Below are positions 26,140 through 37,198 of a DNA stretch of 64,000 bases, piece after piece. The notes under the pieces were generated by a model. It saw nothing but the letters and a program-made list of their open reading frames with translations. It did no database searches and was not told the origin of the DNA. The first letter of the stretch is position 1. Each line of letters starts with the position of its first letter. Location: the NCBI GenBank assembly GCA_044892525.1, contig CM097886.1:19282001-19346000 (forward strand), written 5' to 3'. Both the position numbers and the translations under genes were made by a program. The stretch is from Schmidtea polychroa. Its lineage: Eukaryota.

Positions 26140-26550
26140 TTCACGAAGCTCAGTGCCAACCTCATCTTGATTTTTATGGTAAGATTTTCGTCATCACAAT
26201 AGTCTGTGGACAGATTAGAATCTAGAACTTTTCTCCACAGAGTTCAGCTAAGTTGGAGAATTTGATAAATAAAATTTGGAGACCCGAAAATAGCCTATTT
26301 AAAATGTCTTTCTATAATAGTTTGACGTCGGTTATTGACTCGATCATTCATAATTTGTCGATTTTCAGCATATTTTCTGTGCCTTTTATGTAATATCTTA
26401 TCCCGACTTTGTAAATATTTTCCGTGGCTTTGTTGCAAAATGGTTTCACGATTTGCTGCATAATTTAATCTTTTTTGAACATTTATTTTTTTACAATTTC
26501 TCGATAAGGTTTCATATATTCTTTTCGATTTTATTGTTTATCTGCCATTT
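26140..26550 (-). pseudogene. Possible Helitron-like N-terminal ORF fossil
   Basis: RKEYMKPYR...NYAANRETILQQSHGKYLQSRDKIL...ERHFK*AIFGSPNFI resembles the basic repeats and F..AI..GP...C block near Helitron/Helentron N-termini; no Rep or helicase motif seen. Confidence 0.25.
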
Positions 26551-27617
26551 TATTTTAAGATTTTAATAAATTAATAAATTAAAGGTTCCCGAAGAAAAAC
26601 ATTTATACAATATAGATAATACATTTTGTATGGGCATTTACATATGAAATTTAGGAAAAAATCCATGCATCGCTAAATGAACTAATACAGTCGAAATGTT
26701 TATGAATCATTCAGAAAAAAGTTAAAACATAAAATAAATACAATAAAATGTGTAAAATAATCACTGTGTAGTTTATAACGGCGAACTCAGATATCCTTCA
26801 AAACGAACACTGAAACTTAATCGGTTAAAATATTAAAAATTTTCCATGCACACTAGTACATTTCTCGAGGCACGCAAGTTGGGAATCACTGGCGCACTGT
26901 AATATAACACATATTAATCATTCACAAATTGCAAATATTACCTTTGCTCTCAGAAATGAGATCTACAGAAAAATTTCTAAGTCATAATTACTATTTGTGA
27001 ATTATATTGTTTAAATTTTTGCCGATTTGTCTATTAAATGATAACGAATGATTCTTTGATTATTTAAACCACTTATTTACAACCGAAAATCTACCGGCCC
27101 AATAATATTAATAATTTAATGTGAAGTGAGTTGCAATCAAAATTTTTGCAATGACTTTTCTATTTCCAGGAAACGGGAAATTAAGGAAAAAATTTCCTGG
27201 GAATTACTGGAATATTCTTAAATTTTTTGATTCATTTATATCTGGAACTAAACAGTTTCTAGCTTCAGAGGAATCTTTTTCGTTAAGTATATCTTCATCA
27301 ACATAAATGCATTGATTTTCTTTTTTTGAATAACCTTATAAATATTTCGTTAGAACTGCGAATAATTGTAGCCAGTGATGATGATGACAAGTCTGATGTA
27401 GATTGTAAATCTAGTGTTTGAAGATGCTTAATCAAAGTTACAAGATCTTGATTTTTCCGTTCTTTAATACGAATTATTAAAAAACAATATTGGTGATTAT
27501 TTAGACGCTTTACTTGCCATACATGATAATGACAGAAATGACAACAACACAAAATCTGAAGCTAAATCTTTGGCACTGAAGCTTGATTACGAATTTGTTT
27601 GTTCGCTGATAATTTGG

Positions 27618-30600
27618 TAGTGGGCTGCCGAACTTTGATTTGAACTTCGATTCGGACCAAAGTTCAAACACTTCGGACTTCGGCAATAGACCCTGTACGA
27701 TCCAAATAGTGAAATTTTGCTTGAGCGATAATAAATTATTATTGTTCCGTGATTATTTACATTAAAATTAATGGCGACACGCAAACAATGAAAGTAAATA
27801 AAATCTTAGTTGTTGTTCATTTTTCTTTACTATCGATTTTCCTTTCTACGGCTATGTCATACGAACACTGACAAGTCTAGCCTAGCCGTGGCTGTGTCGC
27901 TGTGTACACAATAGCCGTTCATGTTCATGCATCTCTATTCTCTACACTATAGCAGCCCTATACGTCAATCTCCGACTATTCTTAGCATAATCTCGATTGA
28001 TTCGAGCCACGATATCGTGGGGCAGGCGCTTGAATAGGCATGGCTTGCGAGGCTGAGGCTACTGTAATACCACAATCAATTACCGATCGCAATCTAATAG
28101 GCCTAATAATAATTTTACTCTGTCCGAAATTTATTGCTTGGGCACTATTAGACTTGACTACTGTCGAGAGAAATACCACATAATCTACACATTTAAATTA
28201 ATGTTGAGCACATTTAAATTTATTATGTCATCTATCGTCTCTGTATGTCGACTCTCCAATCTTATTGCATGCCTGATGGAAGCAGCACAAGATGCCACGC
28301 GCGTGTATGCAGTTCAACCGAGTGCATATGTCAATGTCATGCACGATGATGTTCGTATACCGTACCTATCGACTTTATCGACAATAATACTTATTATAAA
28401 ATTATATAGAAATAATTGTGTCATTTTTCTGTCATAAAATTGTGTGTCATAAATGAATGATTTATTCATTAGGTAAAATATTAGACTGAGCAGAACTGCC
28501 AGTTGAGCATCCGATTCACTTTCCACATCATCACATGCGAAAATCTCCATAGCTCCATACCCCTCCCCAGTGTACATAATATATATAAAAGCCCATCAAA
28601 TTTGAAATCGAAAATTTTAAATATATTTCTTCAACAAAATTAATAAATTAGATTTAAATATTAAAAATAATTGAAATTAAATAAATATGGCTAATGCTAT
28701 GAGAAGTAAAATTTGGAATTTCTTTGAAATCAACGCTGTGGATGAATCTTTTGCTAACTGTGGGACATGTAGAATGAAAATGAAACGTGGTGGCAAGGAT
28801 CCAAGATCATACGGAACAACAACATTAATCAACCACCTACGTTCTAAACATCCGGACAAGTACAAAGAATATTCACAGGCGTGTGATTCTGCAAAGAAAC
28901 GACAAGCTGAAGAGGAAGAAAATCAACTCAATGCCGCAGCTAAGAAGCCAAAGCTACAAACTCTGGATGCATGTATTGAACGTACACGTCCATTTGAATC
29001 GGGCCATCCTCGTCAGATCCTCATAACGAAACTAATTGGTGAGATGATAGCCTTGGATAGTCAGCCATTTTTGATTGTCAGTGACGAAGGATTTCGACGT
29101 GTTCTGCATCAATTGGTGCCCAGATACGTCATTCCAGACGAGACTTATTTCTCAAGAACAATCATACCGGACATGTTTGCTGCAGTGAAGTCGAAAGTCA
29201 AGAATCTCATCGGAGATGCTAAACTTCTGTGCTTCACGAGTGATGTGTGGACAACCACCAACAGCCTAAATGGATTCCTCTCTTTGACAGCACACTGGAT
29301 CGACAACAATTGGGAACGCAAATTTGTGGTGCTGGCACTTCGAGGAATCAACGGACATCACACCGGTAAGGTGATTGGAGATACCATATTGGAATTGTTG
29401 AATGAATGGGACATTGATGCAGGCAGACGTGGAACCTTCGTTCGCGATAACGGGTCAAGCATGATGAAGGCCGCTAGTGTTGCAGGCTTATCAGATCTAG
29501 GCTGCTACATACACACGATTCAGTTAGTGGTGGGTGCAGGATTAAAGAAGACGCAAAAGGCTGTCATTGATGCAGTTGCAGCTTCCCGCAACATTGTAAC
29601 CCACTTCCGGCATTCACCATTAGCCAATGATCGACTGGAAAAGATTCAAAAATCTTTTCAGCCGGATGCTGCCGGAAACTCATATCCCGTCCACCGCCTG
29701 ATACAAGATGTACAGACAAGGTGGAACTCCACGTTTTATATGTTGGAAGGTTTGATCGAACAGAGAAAAGCAATAGCTCTCTACATCCAAGACAACGAAG
29801 TCACCAATCTGACAAACAATCAGGGGAACTTAATCGAAAGGGTCGTGTCGACATTGCGTCCATTTGAGGAGGAAACGCGGAATGCTAGTTTGTCAACTGC
29901 AACAAGCGGAATGATTATTCCAAGTGTGCGTGTACTTCAAGCAGTTTTGACGAGACCAGCAAAGGAGGGTGACGACCTCTGCATTCAAACAATGCGTGCT
30001 GAAATGCTTGCGAATCTCAGCCGCAGGTATGCTAACGTTGAAAATAATAAGTTGTGCGTGTTATCTACTGCTTTGGATCCAGTGTACAAGCTTCGTCTCT
30101 TTAACGCGGAAACTGCTGCCACTGCAAAACAATGGCTTCTGGATGCAATGAATGCTGTAACGTCGACGGACAACTCGCGTGATGAAGTGCCAGCAGACCC
30201 AACACCTTCCACATCATCTTCATCAGCCACATCTGCTTTGGATAGCTACTACGACGACATGCTTGGAGCTACACAATCCAACTCTACAGATTCCGGTAAT
30301 CTCCAACAACAGCTCGATGCATATTTAACGGAAGCGTGCAACCAACGACACTCGCCTCCAAAAGATCCAATAGAATATTGGAAATCAAGGCAATACACCT
30401 ATCCTCAACTTGCACTGGTCGCCAAACAATTATGTGCTTCTCCTCCTTCCAGCGTGGATAGTGAAAGAACCTTCAGTTTGGCTGGTCTTATATGCGATGA
30501 CCGTCGATCAAACTTAACACCAGCCAAAACTGAGATGCTTCTATTTTTAATGAAAAATCTCGATGTGGTCCGTTTTGACTACTAATAAACTAATGAATTC

Positions 30601-31071
30601 TATTAACTCATCGGACAAGATGTATATATTTATATAAACACATGTATTTTTTTATTTTTTCGTTTCACGTTACTTTGCTTATTGCGAACAGATCTATGTT
30701 ATATAATTTACATCCATGTTTCAAAAGACAACAAAATGAACACTTCTCAATATCACCCATTGTATAATTTTTTCAGTTTTATTGATATGATTCATAAAAA
30801 TAATATCAAAATTATCAATAATGTTACATTTTTTAAATAACTGTTGATAATAAAAGGTAGTTATTACAATTTATTATAATTTTGGTTAGCGTTGATTCCT
30901 TTCTTGGTATAATATGCGTCTTGAATCGCCGTAGGTCATTGCAGTAGGTACAGGTCCCTAAATTATTTTCGCGCACCAGACATTTGATTCGACTTCGGCT
31001 TCGGCCAAATAGTAATTTAAAAATTTGAACTTCGAACTTCGGCAAAAAAGTCACTTCGGCAAGCCCCTCTA
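27618..31071 (+). mobile_element. Full-length hAT (Ac/ZBED-type) element, hAT-B
   Basis: Termini TAGTGGGCTGCCGAA / TTCGGCAAGCCCCTCTA; TTCGG and GAACTTCG subterminal repeats at both ends; flanking duplication (TA)ATTTGG; interrupts another transposase cleanly. Confidence 0.92.
28687..30585 (+). CDS. Intact 632-aa hAT transposase
   Basis: BED finger (W..F...CGTC...TTTLINHLRSKH), FTSDVWT, VRDNGSSM, CYIHTIQL, DVQTRWNSTFYML and SSVDSERTFS dimerisation motif; no stops. TATA-like TATATAAAAG at 28582-28591. Confidence 0.95.
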   Translation: MANAMRSKIWNFFEINAVDESFANCGTCRMKMKRGGKDPRSYGTTTLINHLRSKHPDKYKEYSQACDSAKKRQAEEEENQLNAAAKKPKLQTLDACIERTRPFESGHPRQILITKLIGEMIALDSQPFLIVSDEGFRRVLHQLVPRYVIPDETYFSRTIIPDMFAAVKSKVKNLIGDAKLLCFTSDVWTTTNSLNGFLSLTAHWIDNNWERKFVVLALRGINGHHTGKVIGDTILELLNEWDIDAGRRGTFVRDNGSSMMKAASVAGLSDLGCYIHTIQLVVGAGLKKTQKAVIDAVAASRNIVTHFRHSPLANDRLEKIQKSFQPDAAGNSYPVHRLIQDVQTRWNSTFYMLEGLIEQRKAIALYIQDNEVTNLTNNQGNLIERVVSTLRPFEEETRNASLSTATSGMIIPSVRVLQAVLTRPAKEGDDLCIQTMRAEMLANLSRRYANVENNKLCVLSTALDPVYKLRLFNAETAATAKQWLLDAMNAVTSTDNSRDEVPADPTPSTSSSSATSALDSYYDDMLGATQSNSTDSGNLQQQLDAYLTEACNQRHSPPKDPIEYWKSRQYTYPQLALVAKQLCASPPSSVDSERTFSLAGLICDDRRSNLTPAKTEMLLFLMKNLDVVRFDY

Positions 31072-31927
31072 ATTTGGCACGACATTTTAAGCAGGATTAA
31101 TGTTGTGAGCAAGATGTTGCAATCTTCAAGTACCAACCTAAATGAATCAACAAATAGTTTAAATAATTTAATAACCTTTTTTAAAGAATTTTGTTTAGAT
31201 GAAAATTTTAATAATATACTTAAAAAAAGCTACAATTTTGGCACATGATATTGACATAGCTCCTCAATTTAAAGAAAATCCATTACGTAGGCGTAAAATA
31301 GTATGGTTAACTACGAATGTCGAGATGAAAGACCGACAGACCCGGGAAGAAACTATAAAATTTCATTTTTTCTTCAAATTGTTGACAGTGCAATTAACTC
31401 AATAGTCGAAAGATTTGAACTTATGAATAGTCATGCCGAAAAGTTTCAATTTCTCTTAAATTTTAATGTAATTTATAATTTGGATAATGAGATACTAAGA
31501 AATAAATGTACAGATTTACATGTGTTAACTGATGGTGAAGATATAGATATAAGTTCTTCAGAATTATGTAACGAACTGTATATTTAAAGACACCATAACT
31601 CAACTTAATAGTTTTGATCCATTAGATATATTGCAGTATATTTATTCAAATGATTTATTTGATATATTTCCAAATATAGTTGTACCTTTGAGAATATTAT
31701 TAACACTACCAGTCTCAGTAGCAGCTGGCGAAAAATCATTTTCCAGACTTAAACTAATTAAGAATTATTTACGCTCAACCATTTCTCAAGAAAGACTAGT
31801 TGGCCTGTCTTTGATTGCTATTGAAAGCGATATCTGTGACAAAATCAAAATTAATGATGTATTGGATGAATTTGCTTCCATAAAAACAAGAAAAATAAAA
31901 TTTTAAATGACACATTGTGGTTTTCTA

Positions 31928-31930
<3 letters not shown>

Positions 31931-31968
<38 letters not shown>
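31931..31968. repeat. (TA)n microsatellite
   Basis: Direct reading. Confidence 0.95.
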
Positions 31969-31970
<2 letters not shown>

Positions 31971-32872
31971 ATTTCTGTTTATTTTTTTTATGAATTAATG
32001 TTTAATTATACAGAAAAACTTTTTAATAATAAAATTATAATACTGTGAAATTTGAGTTTTATTTCTGAAATAATTTCCTATAAAAAGGCTTAACAGAAAG
32101 TTGTATCGGGGCGCCAGCACCGCTAGAGCCGGGCCTGTCTACACTATTGTATAAATTATCCATATACAAATGATGTCAATTGTTAAAATAATTATTCATT
32201 AAATCAATTACTATGTTTTCTAATTTTTGTCCTATACCAGAATACAAAGAACCAAATAGTCTTTGTGAAATCACATCATTCTACATTTAAAGATATATTA
32301 TAAAGTACAAATACAGAATTTCTTTTATTTCTTCTAAAAAAATGAATCAAGAAATATAATCTTGTTTATTCTTTTAATACTGTCATCATATAAAGACCAC
32401 CATTATCCCATATGAGATGCCCATGAAAACATCCATAAAGCACTTTTTAAATGATTCTTTGATTTCCATTTGTATTGATAAAATACATCATAAGTGGATA
32501 CATTTTTTGGTTCCAGGGTAACTAGTTGATAGAAAGATCTATGACGGTAGACTGATATTGAAATGAAAAATTTCCTGATAGGACAATAATAAAGACTATT
32601 TTTATCGTGCATATTCAACTGTGTGTATTTTAACAACGGATATTATATACATACAAAAAAATGAAATAAACAATAAAAGAAATCACATTAAAGACAAAGA
32701 AAATTTTTTATAATATTTGAAATCTAAAAAGTTCATTGCAGCAAATTTTTACTTTTTTTGTGTTGTTCTGTGAAGTTTTGAAATATTTATTACTGTTAGC
32801 TGCTATTTATAAATTTTATAAAAAGTTTTGTTTTTATTTTTGGAGCCCAATTAAATAATTATCTAGCAAATA

Positions 32873-33060
32873 ATGTTGAGGACATCAATAACCGTAGCGT
32901 TAACTGAGTGTACTTCTTCACGGTTAAAATTAATTAAGAATTACCTTCGATCTGCTGTAAGTCAATCTCTGGTTATTTTGCCTATCGAAACTGAGATTGC
33001 AAATTCTGTAAATTTTGATGACGCAATTAGCGATTTTGCAAAAAAAAAGTCGGGAAATTA
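32873..33060 (+). pseudogene. Isolated hAT C-terminal dimerisation-domain fragment
   Basis: TVALTECTSSRLKLIKNYLRSAVSQ...NFDDAISDFAKKK. Confidence 0.6.
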
Positions 33061-33085
33061 TTTAGTAATATATTATGATCCTTTA

Positions 33086-33150
33086 CAGTGGCGTCACTAG
33101 TGTTGGTGTGTCACCCAGTGTGGTAACTCATGGTGTCACCTCCTCCGAGT
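33086..33150 (+). mobile_element. Orphan hAT-type terminus
   Basis: CAGTGGCGTCACTAG followed by GTGTCACC repeats; similar to the TIR at 37199; no partner end found. Confidence 0.45.
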
Positions 33151-33217
33151 CCGCCAGAGCCAAATAATGGAAACATACAGAATCATTAGTAACGTCTATA
33201 AATATAGGTCATATATA

Positions 33218-33306
33218 AACAACATAAAAAATTACAAACTGCCAACGAGCACAAGAGAGTTGAGAAGATTTCTAGGAATGGTAAACTTTTACCATTCTTA
33301 CATCCC
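33218..33306 (+). pseudogene. Gypsy RT thumb/connection fragment
   Basis: IKNYKLPTSTRELRRFLGMVNFYHSYIP. Confidence 0.75.
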
Positions 33307-33319
33307 ACTTCTGACACCA
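33302..33319 (-). promoter_or_regulatory. 18-nt tRNA-Leu primer binding site of LTR family X
   Basis: Minus strand TGGTGTCAGAAGTGGGAT, 2 nt from the LTR end; full complement of the last 18 nt of a typical tRNA-Leu(CAA). Confidence 0.85.
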
Positions 33320-33321
33320 GT

Positions 33322-34213
33322 TGTTATGTTGTGGTTTACGAGAGTATATGCGTACTACTAATAACTAAAGTATAATTTGTAATTGAATGCTTGTATATAA
33401 TTATATGTATATATTATATTTATATTTGTAGATGCATCTATGTTAAGGAGATTTGAAGATCCCAGCTTACTCACCAGTAAATAAACTGTCTCGGGACAGC
33501 TGGGGTGAAGGTGTTTAATGTGAAATACAGACCAATTAAAAATAAGGATAAAAAAATATAACTATCAATTAATTTAATTTACAACTTACCAAAAAATGAA
33601 ATAGGGATCGGATTGTTTAAGATTTTCGGCTTTCGAATTATCTTTTCCACAGCNNNNNNNNNNNNNNNNNNNNNNNNNNNNNNNNNNNNNNNNNNNNNNN
33701 NNNNNNNNNNNNNNNNNNNNNNNNNNNNNNNNNNNNNNNNNNNNNNNNNNNNNNNNNNNNNNNNNNNNNNNNNNNNNNNNNNNNNNNNNNNNNNNNNNNN
33801 NNNNNNNNNNNNNNNNNNNNGATATAGATTCGATTAGAATAGTATTCCTCGAATGGATCAGGAATTTGCTAGAAGAGGGAAACTTTATTTTCTTTTAGTT
33901 TTATAGCTTCTGATTTTCTTCTTCCCAGTGGTTTGATTTTCTATTGTTTTGAAGTTCAGGAGAATGGAAAATTTCGGTAATTTAGTTTCTAATAAATTTG
34001 GTTTTGATTTGGTTTTGCTTCTTTGACCAATTTTAATTTTTTAACCTTGCTTTAATTTTTACTTCGATTTTTTTTCGATTTTATTTTTTCTTATTTACTA
34101 TAGTAAATTATCGCTATATAGTTTTTTTGAAATTTCCTTTCCGGGACGCTGCAGGGACGGTAATAAATAAAAAACACAAAACCTAATTTGAATATTGTTT
34201 ACAATTATTTACA
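33322..34213 (-). mobile_element. LTR family X, copy B (contains an assembly gap)
   Basis: TGTT...TACA ends, adjacent PBS, and both conserved family blocks (33448-33505, 34097-34123). Confidence 0.8.
33654..33820. other. Assembly gap (167 N)
   Basis: Run of N. Confidence 1.
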
Positions 34214-34750
34214 GCAATCTACTACACTGATTGAGTGCTTGGCGAATAATTTCACTTTTCCATATTCCTTGGGTTGAAAATCCACCAACAGCTGTAATTT
34301 TTACCAAAATTTCTGCCATTGATTGCTTTCTATTAAAGAATGATATTCGGTCAAGTCGGTTCTTAGATTTTGTTGAAAGTTTTTCAACGTTTCTTGTGTT
34401 GGCGTCGCCACTCGGTCGACACTAGATGGAATTAAATGCACCATTATGGCGAAACATGATGGAACAGGTGAGCCATGCCTGAAGACTACTCTTTCATCAT
34501 GATCCGACTTACTTCTACTTACTGACTAAAAATCCTAAAATCTAAAATAGTCTATTTTTTGAAAATTAAAACAAAATTTGTTTCTCAGTAAAAGGGGAAA
34601 AAGAGAATTCTCTAACAATGACAAAATAAAAATTCAATATTAAAGTCAAATGTTAGGTTTAATAAAATTACAAATCAAATAATTTTACATGTAACTATCA
34701 TTAAATGTCTTATTATGTTATGCAATGTGATACATTTAAAAATTAAATTA

Positions 34751-35300
34751 CAGTAGAACTTCGATTATCCGGACCAATTGGGGGTGGGGACAGTTCAGAT
34801 AAAGAATAATCCGTATTATCGAAAAGCCCTTAATTGACAGTAAAAGACTTATAATATGAAATTTTATATTTACATAAATATACATATAGTTTCAATATTA
34901 AATTATTTTTTATTAAAAATCAAATATTAATTTTGCCTAAAGCTAGTTGTTCTTTTTGAAGCTTATAAATCGTGAATATTTTTAAGACATATAAGTTTTC
35001 CTGTGTTACTCTACTATTGGTACTCAAACCACTTCATGGCGACTTCTAAACATCGAAAAGCTTCAGAGTGTGTGAGTCCAACATATTTTTCTTGCTAGGT
35101 CTCGTCTCCATCATCTCGATCTTGTTCATCTGAGGCTGCTTTCTTCCATTATTTATTCTTCCATATAATTATCCGTGTTCAGAGCAATATAATTTTACTC
35201 ATGAGTTTTTCATCTTTTATAATATTTTCGCCCTTAAACAAATGATGTAGTATTGCTGAATAAATCTTGTTTTCTTGTTTTATACAAACACAAACTTGCT
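34751..35300 (-). mobile_element. 3' end of a decayed Tigger-like element
   Basis: TA|CAGTAGAACTTCGATTATCCG terminus; minus-strand THSEAFRCLEVAMKWFEYQ and LICLKNIHDL*ASKR, typical of Tigger C-terminal helices. Confidence 0.65.
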
Positions 35301-35537
35301 ATAAAAATTTTAAGAACAAAATAAAAAATATCACTTTGTCTGCCAAGCTTTTGTTTAATAAAATATAAATTTTTGTTATGTATACTCGTATATCAATTTA
35401 AAAAATCAATTTAGATTATTAAAATCGATAAATTATGATTTTATTTGAATAAATATTAAGAGCGTTCCAACAATATAACCAGAATTCATAGGTATCAAAT
35501 TTGAATTTTGCATTCGAAATTTTTCGTAAAATATTAA

Positions 35538-35771
35538 CCCTTTGCGGCGCTATGTCGAGTCTGACTAGATATCCACTTTTTCCACACAGGTCCTATGTCG
35601 AGTCTAACTCGACATTCCAATAATTGCTAATTAGAAGTTTCAGATTTCTTTGTATGTATTCTTTTTGCATTTCGTGTTAAGAACATATATATGTAGAATG
35701 TAGATTATTTAAGTTGGGTTTTGACCAGTTGCGAACCTGGTGGGTAACTTTTTTTTACGGACCGCAAAGGG
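35538..35771. mobile_element. piggyBac-type MITE (234 bp)
   Basis: TTAA|CCCTTTGCGG...CCGCAAAGGG|TTAA; internal direct repeat TATGTCGAGTCT x2. Confidence 0.88.
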
Positions 35772-37198
35772 TTAATAGTTGGAGTTAAAAGTGTATTATT
35801 TAAAAATATTATATATTTTTAACAATGGACGATTTATGGTTACAAATTTTATTTAATCAGTTTTTAGGTATATGAAAATAAACAACTGGTTTCATTTTTT
35901 AGCCGATAATGAGAAATTTGCATGCTGGCATGAGGAATTGCATTTAGTTGTGCTACTTTTTTCTGAAATACGTTTTGTTGAACAGCCAGGCTAGTTTTAA
36001 GTAATCGTATTTTTGCTTTTTTTCACTACTTAGTTGATACAACATATAAACGACATAGATGAAGACTTATCTTCTTCAGAATCGGAATCTTATACAAATT
36101 TGGATGACTTACGCGAAAGCCAGAATGAAATTGAAGTTGAGAATAATGAAATCGAACTTTCCGATAGTGAAGATGAGAATATATGATAAATTAGTCACAA
36201 CAGAAAAAGGTTGTGTATTCTTTCTGACACTGAACTCGGAGTTGATATCAAAGTTTTCGATACACCTCATGATATTAATTTATTTATGTTTTAACTTTAC
36301 ATGCTGAAGTTCCATCAATGTAGGGTCGCCGCCACTTAATTGGTATTGGGTTGCAATTAGTTTCTATTCTGTGCTTTAAAATATCTGTTTTGCCTATATC
36401 CCATTTATTATACATAAAAATATCTGAGAATTCAACAACTATTTCATATATTGGATTGCATTTTTCTATTTTCAATATTTCATTCATAAATTTATTTTTA
36501 TTATTTACTTTTAAATTATTACCAAATTTTGCTTGCAAACTGACGATATTTTCATTACAAAATTCAACTAACTTAATATTTAAAGAATTCAATATTCAAT
36601 ATATCTATAACTTAGAGAAACTTTCCCTAAAATCCCTAACATACTACCGTTTGCGCAAGATATCTTTCTATTTCCTTCATTAAAAAAATTTTCATTCAAA
36701 TTTTCAGTAATCGATTTGGATAAAACACTTATTTTTGCTCCTTGTCAAAAAATGAATTAAAAGTCACATTATTTAATTTAACATTATTAAATGGTCTACC
36801 ATCTACATTACAATATCCTATATCATATATATATCTTTAATAACATTAACACAGTAATTTTAATTTTTTATTAGATATATTTAAAAAACAATCATTTTTA
36901 TCACAATCACTCACAAATATACAGTCATTCTCATTTTGTTTAGTATTAAAATTATTAATTAAATAAAACTCAGAATCAAATTTTTGATTGGGGAAAAAAT
37001 CAACATTAAGATTATCAAGCAAACCGTCAACCAAACAATCATTACATTCAGCATTTAGGGTCCTTAAAAAATTATCATTGCTTACATGTGATTTATCGCT
37101 CCTAACATATCCTCTCTGTTTGGAGCTTTGGCATTTCCCTATATTTCTGATTGTCCATCAAAGTCGTTCGGTTTGTCATCATATACAGCAGCTACGTT

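Larger units (their letters stand above)
27489..32137 (+). mobile_element. Older, 5'-truncated hAT (ZMYM1/Tip100-like) split by the hAT-B insertion
   Basis: The frame joins across the insertion: ...EAKSLALKLDYEFVCSLIIW|HDILSRINVVSKMLQ; C-terminal FPNIVVPLRILLTLPVSVAAGEKSFSRLKLIKNYLRS ends at 31906; right TIR-like end CTAGAGCCGGGCCTG at 32123-32137. Confidence 0.85.

Noticed and set aside
36050-36190. Acidic stretch as a piggyBac transposase N-terminus
   Set aside because: Compatible composition and near a piggyBac MITE, but no catalytic motif to support it.
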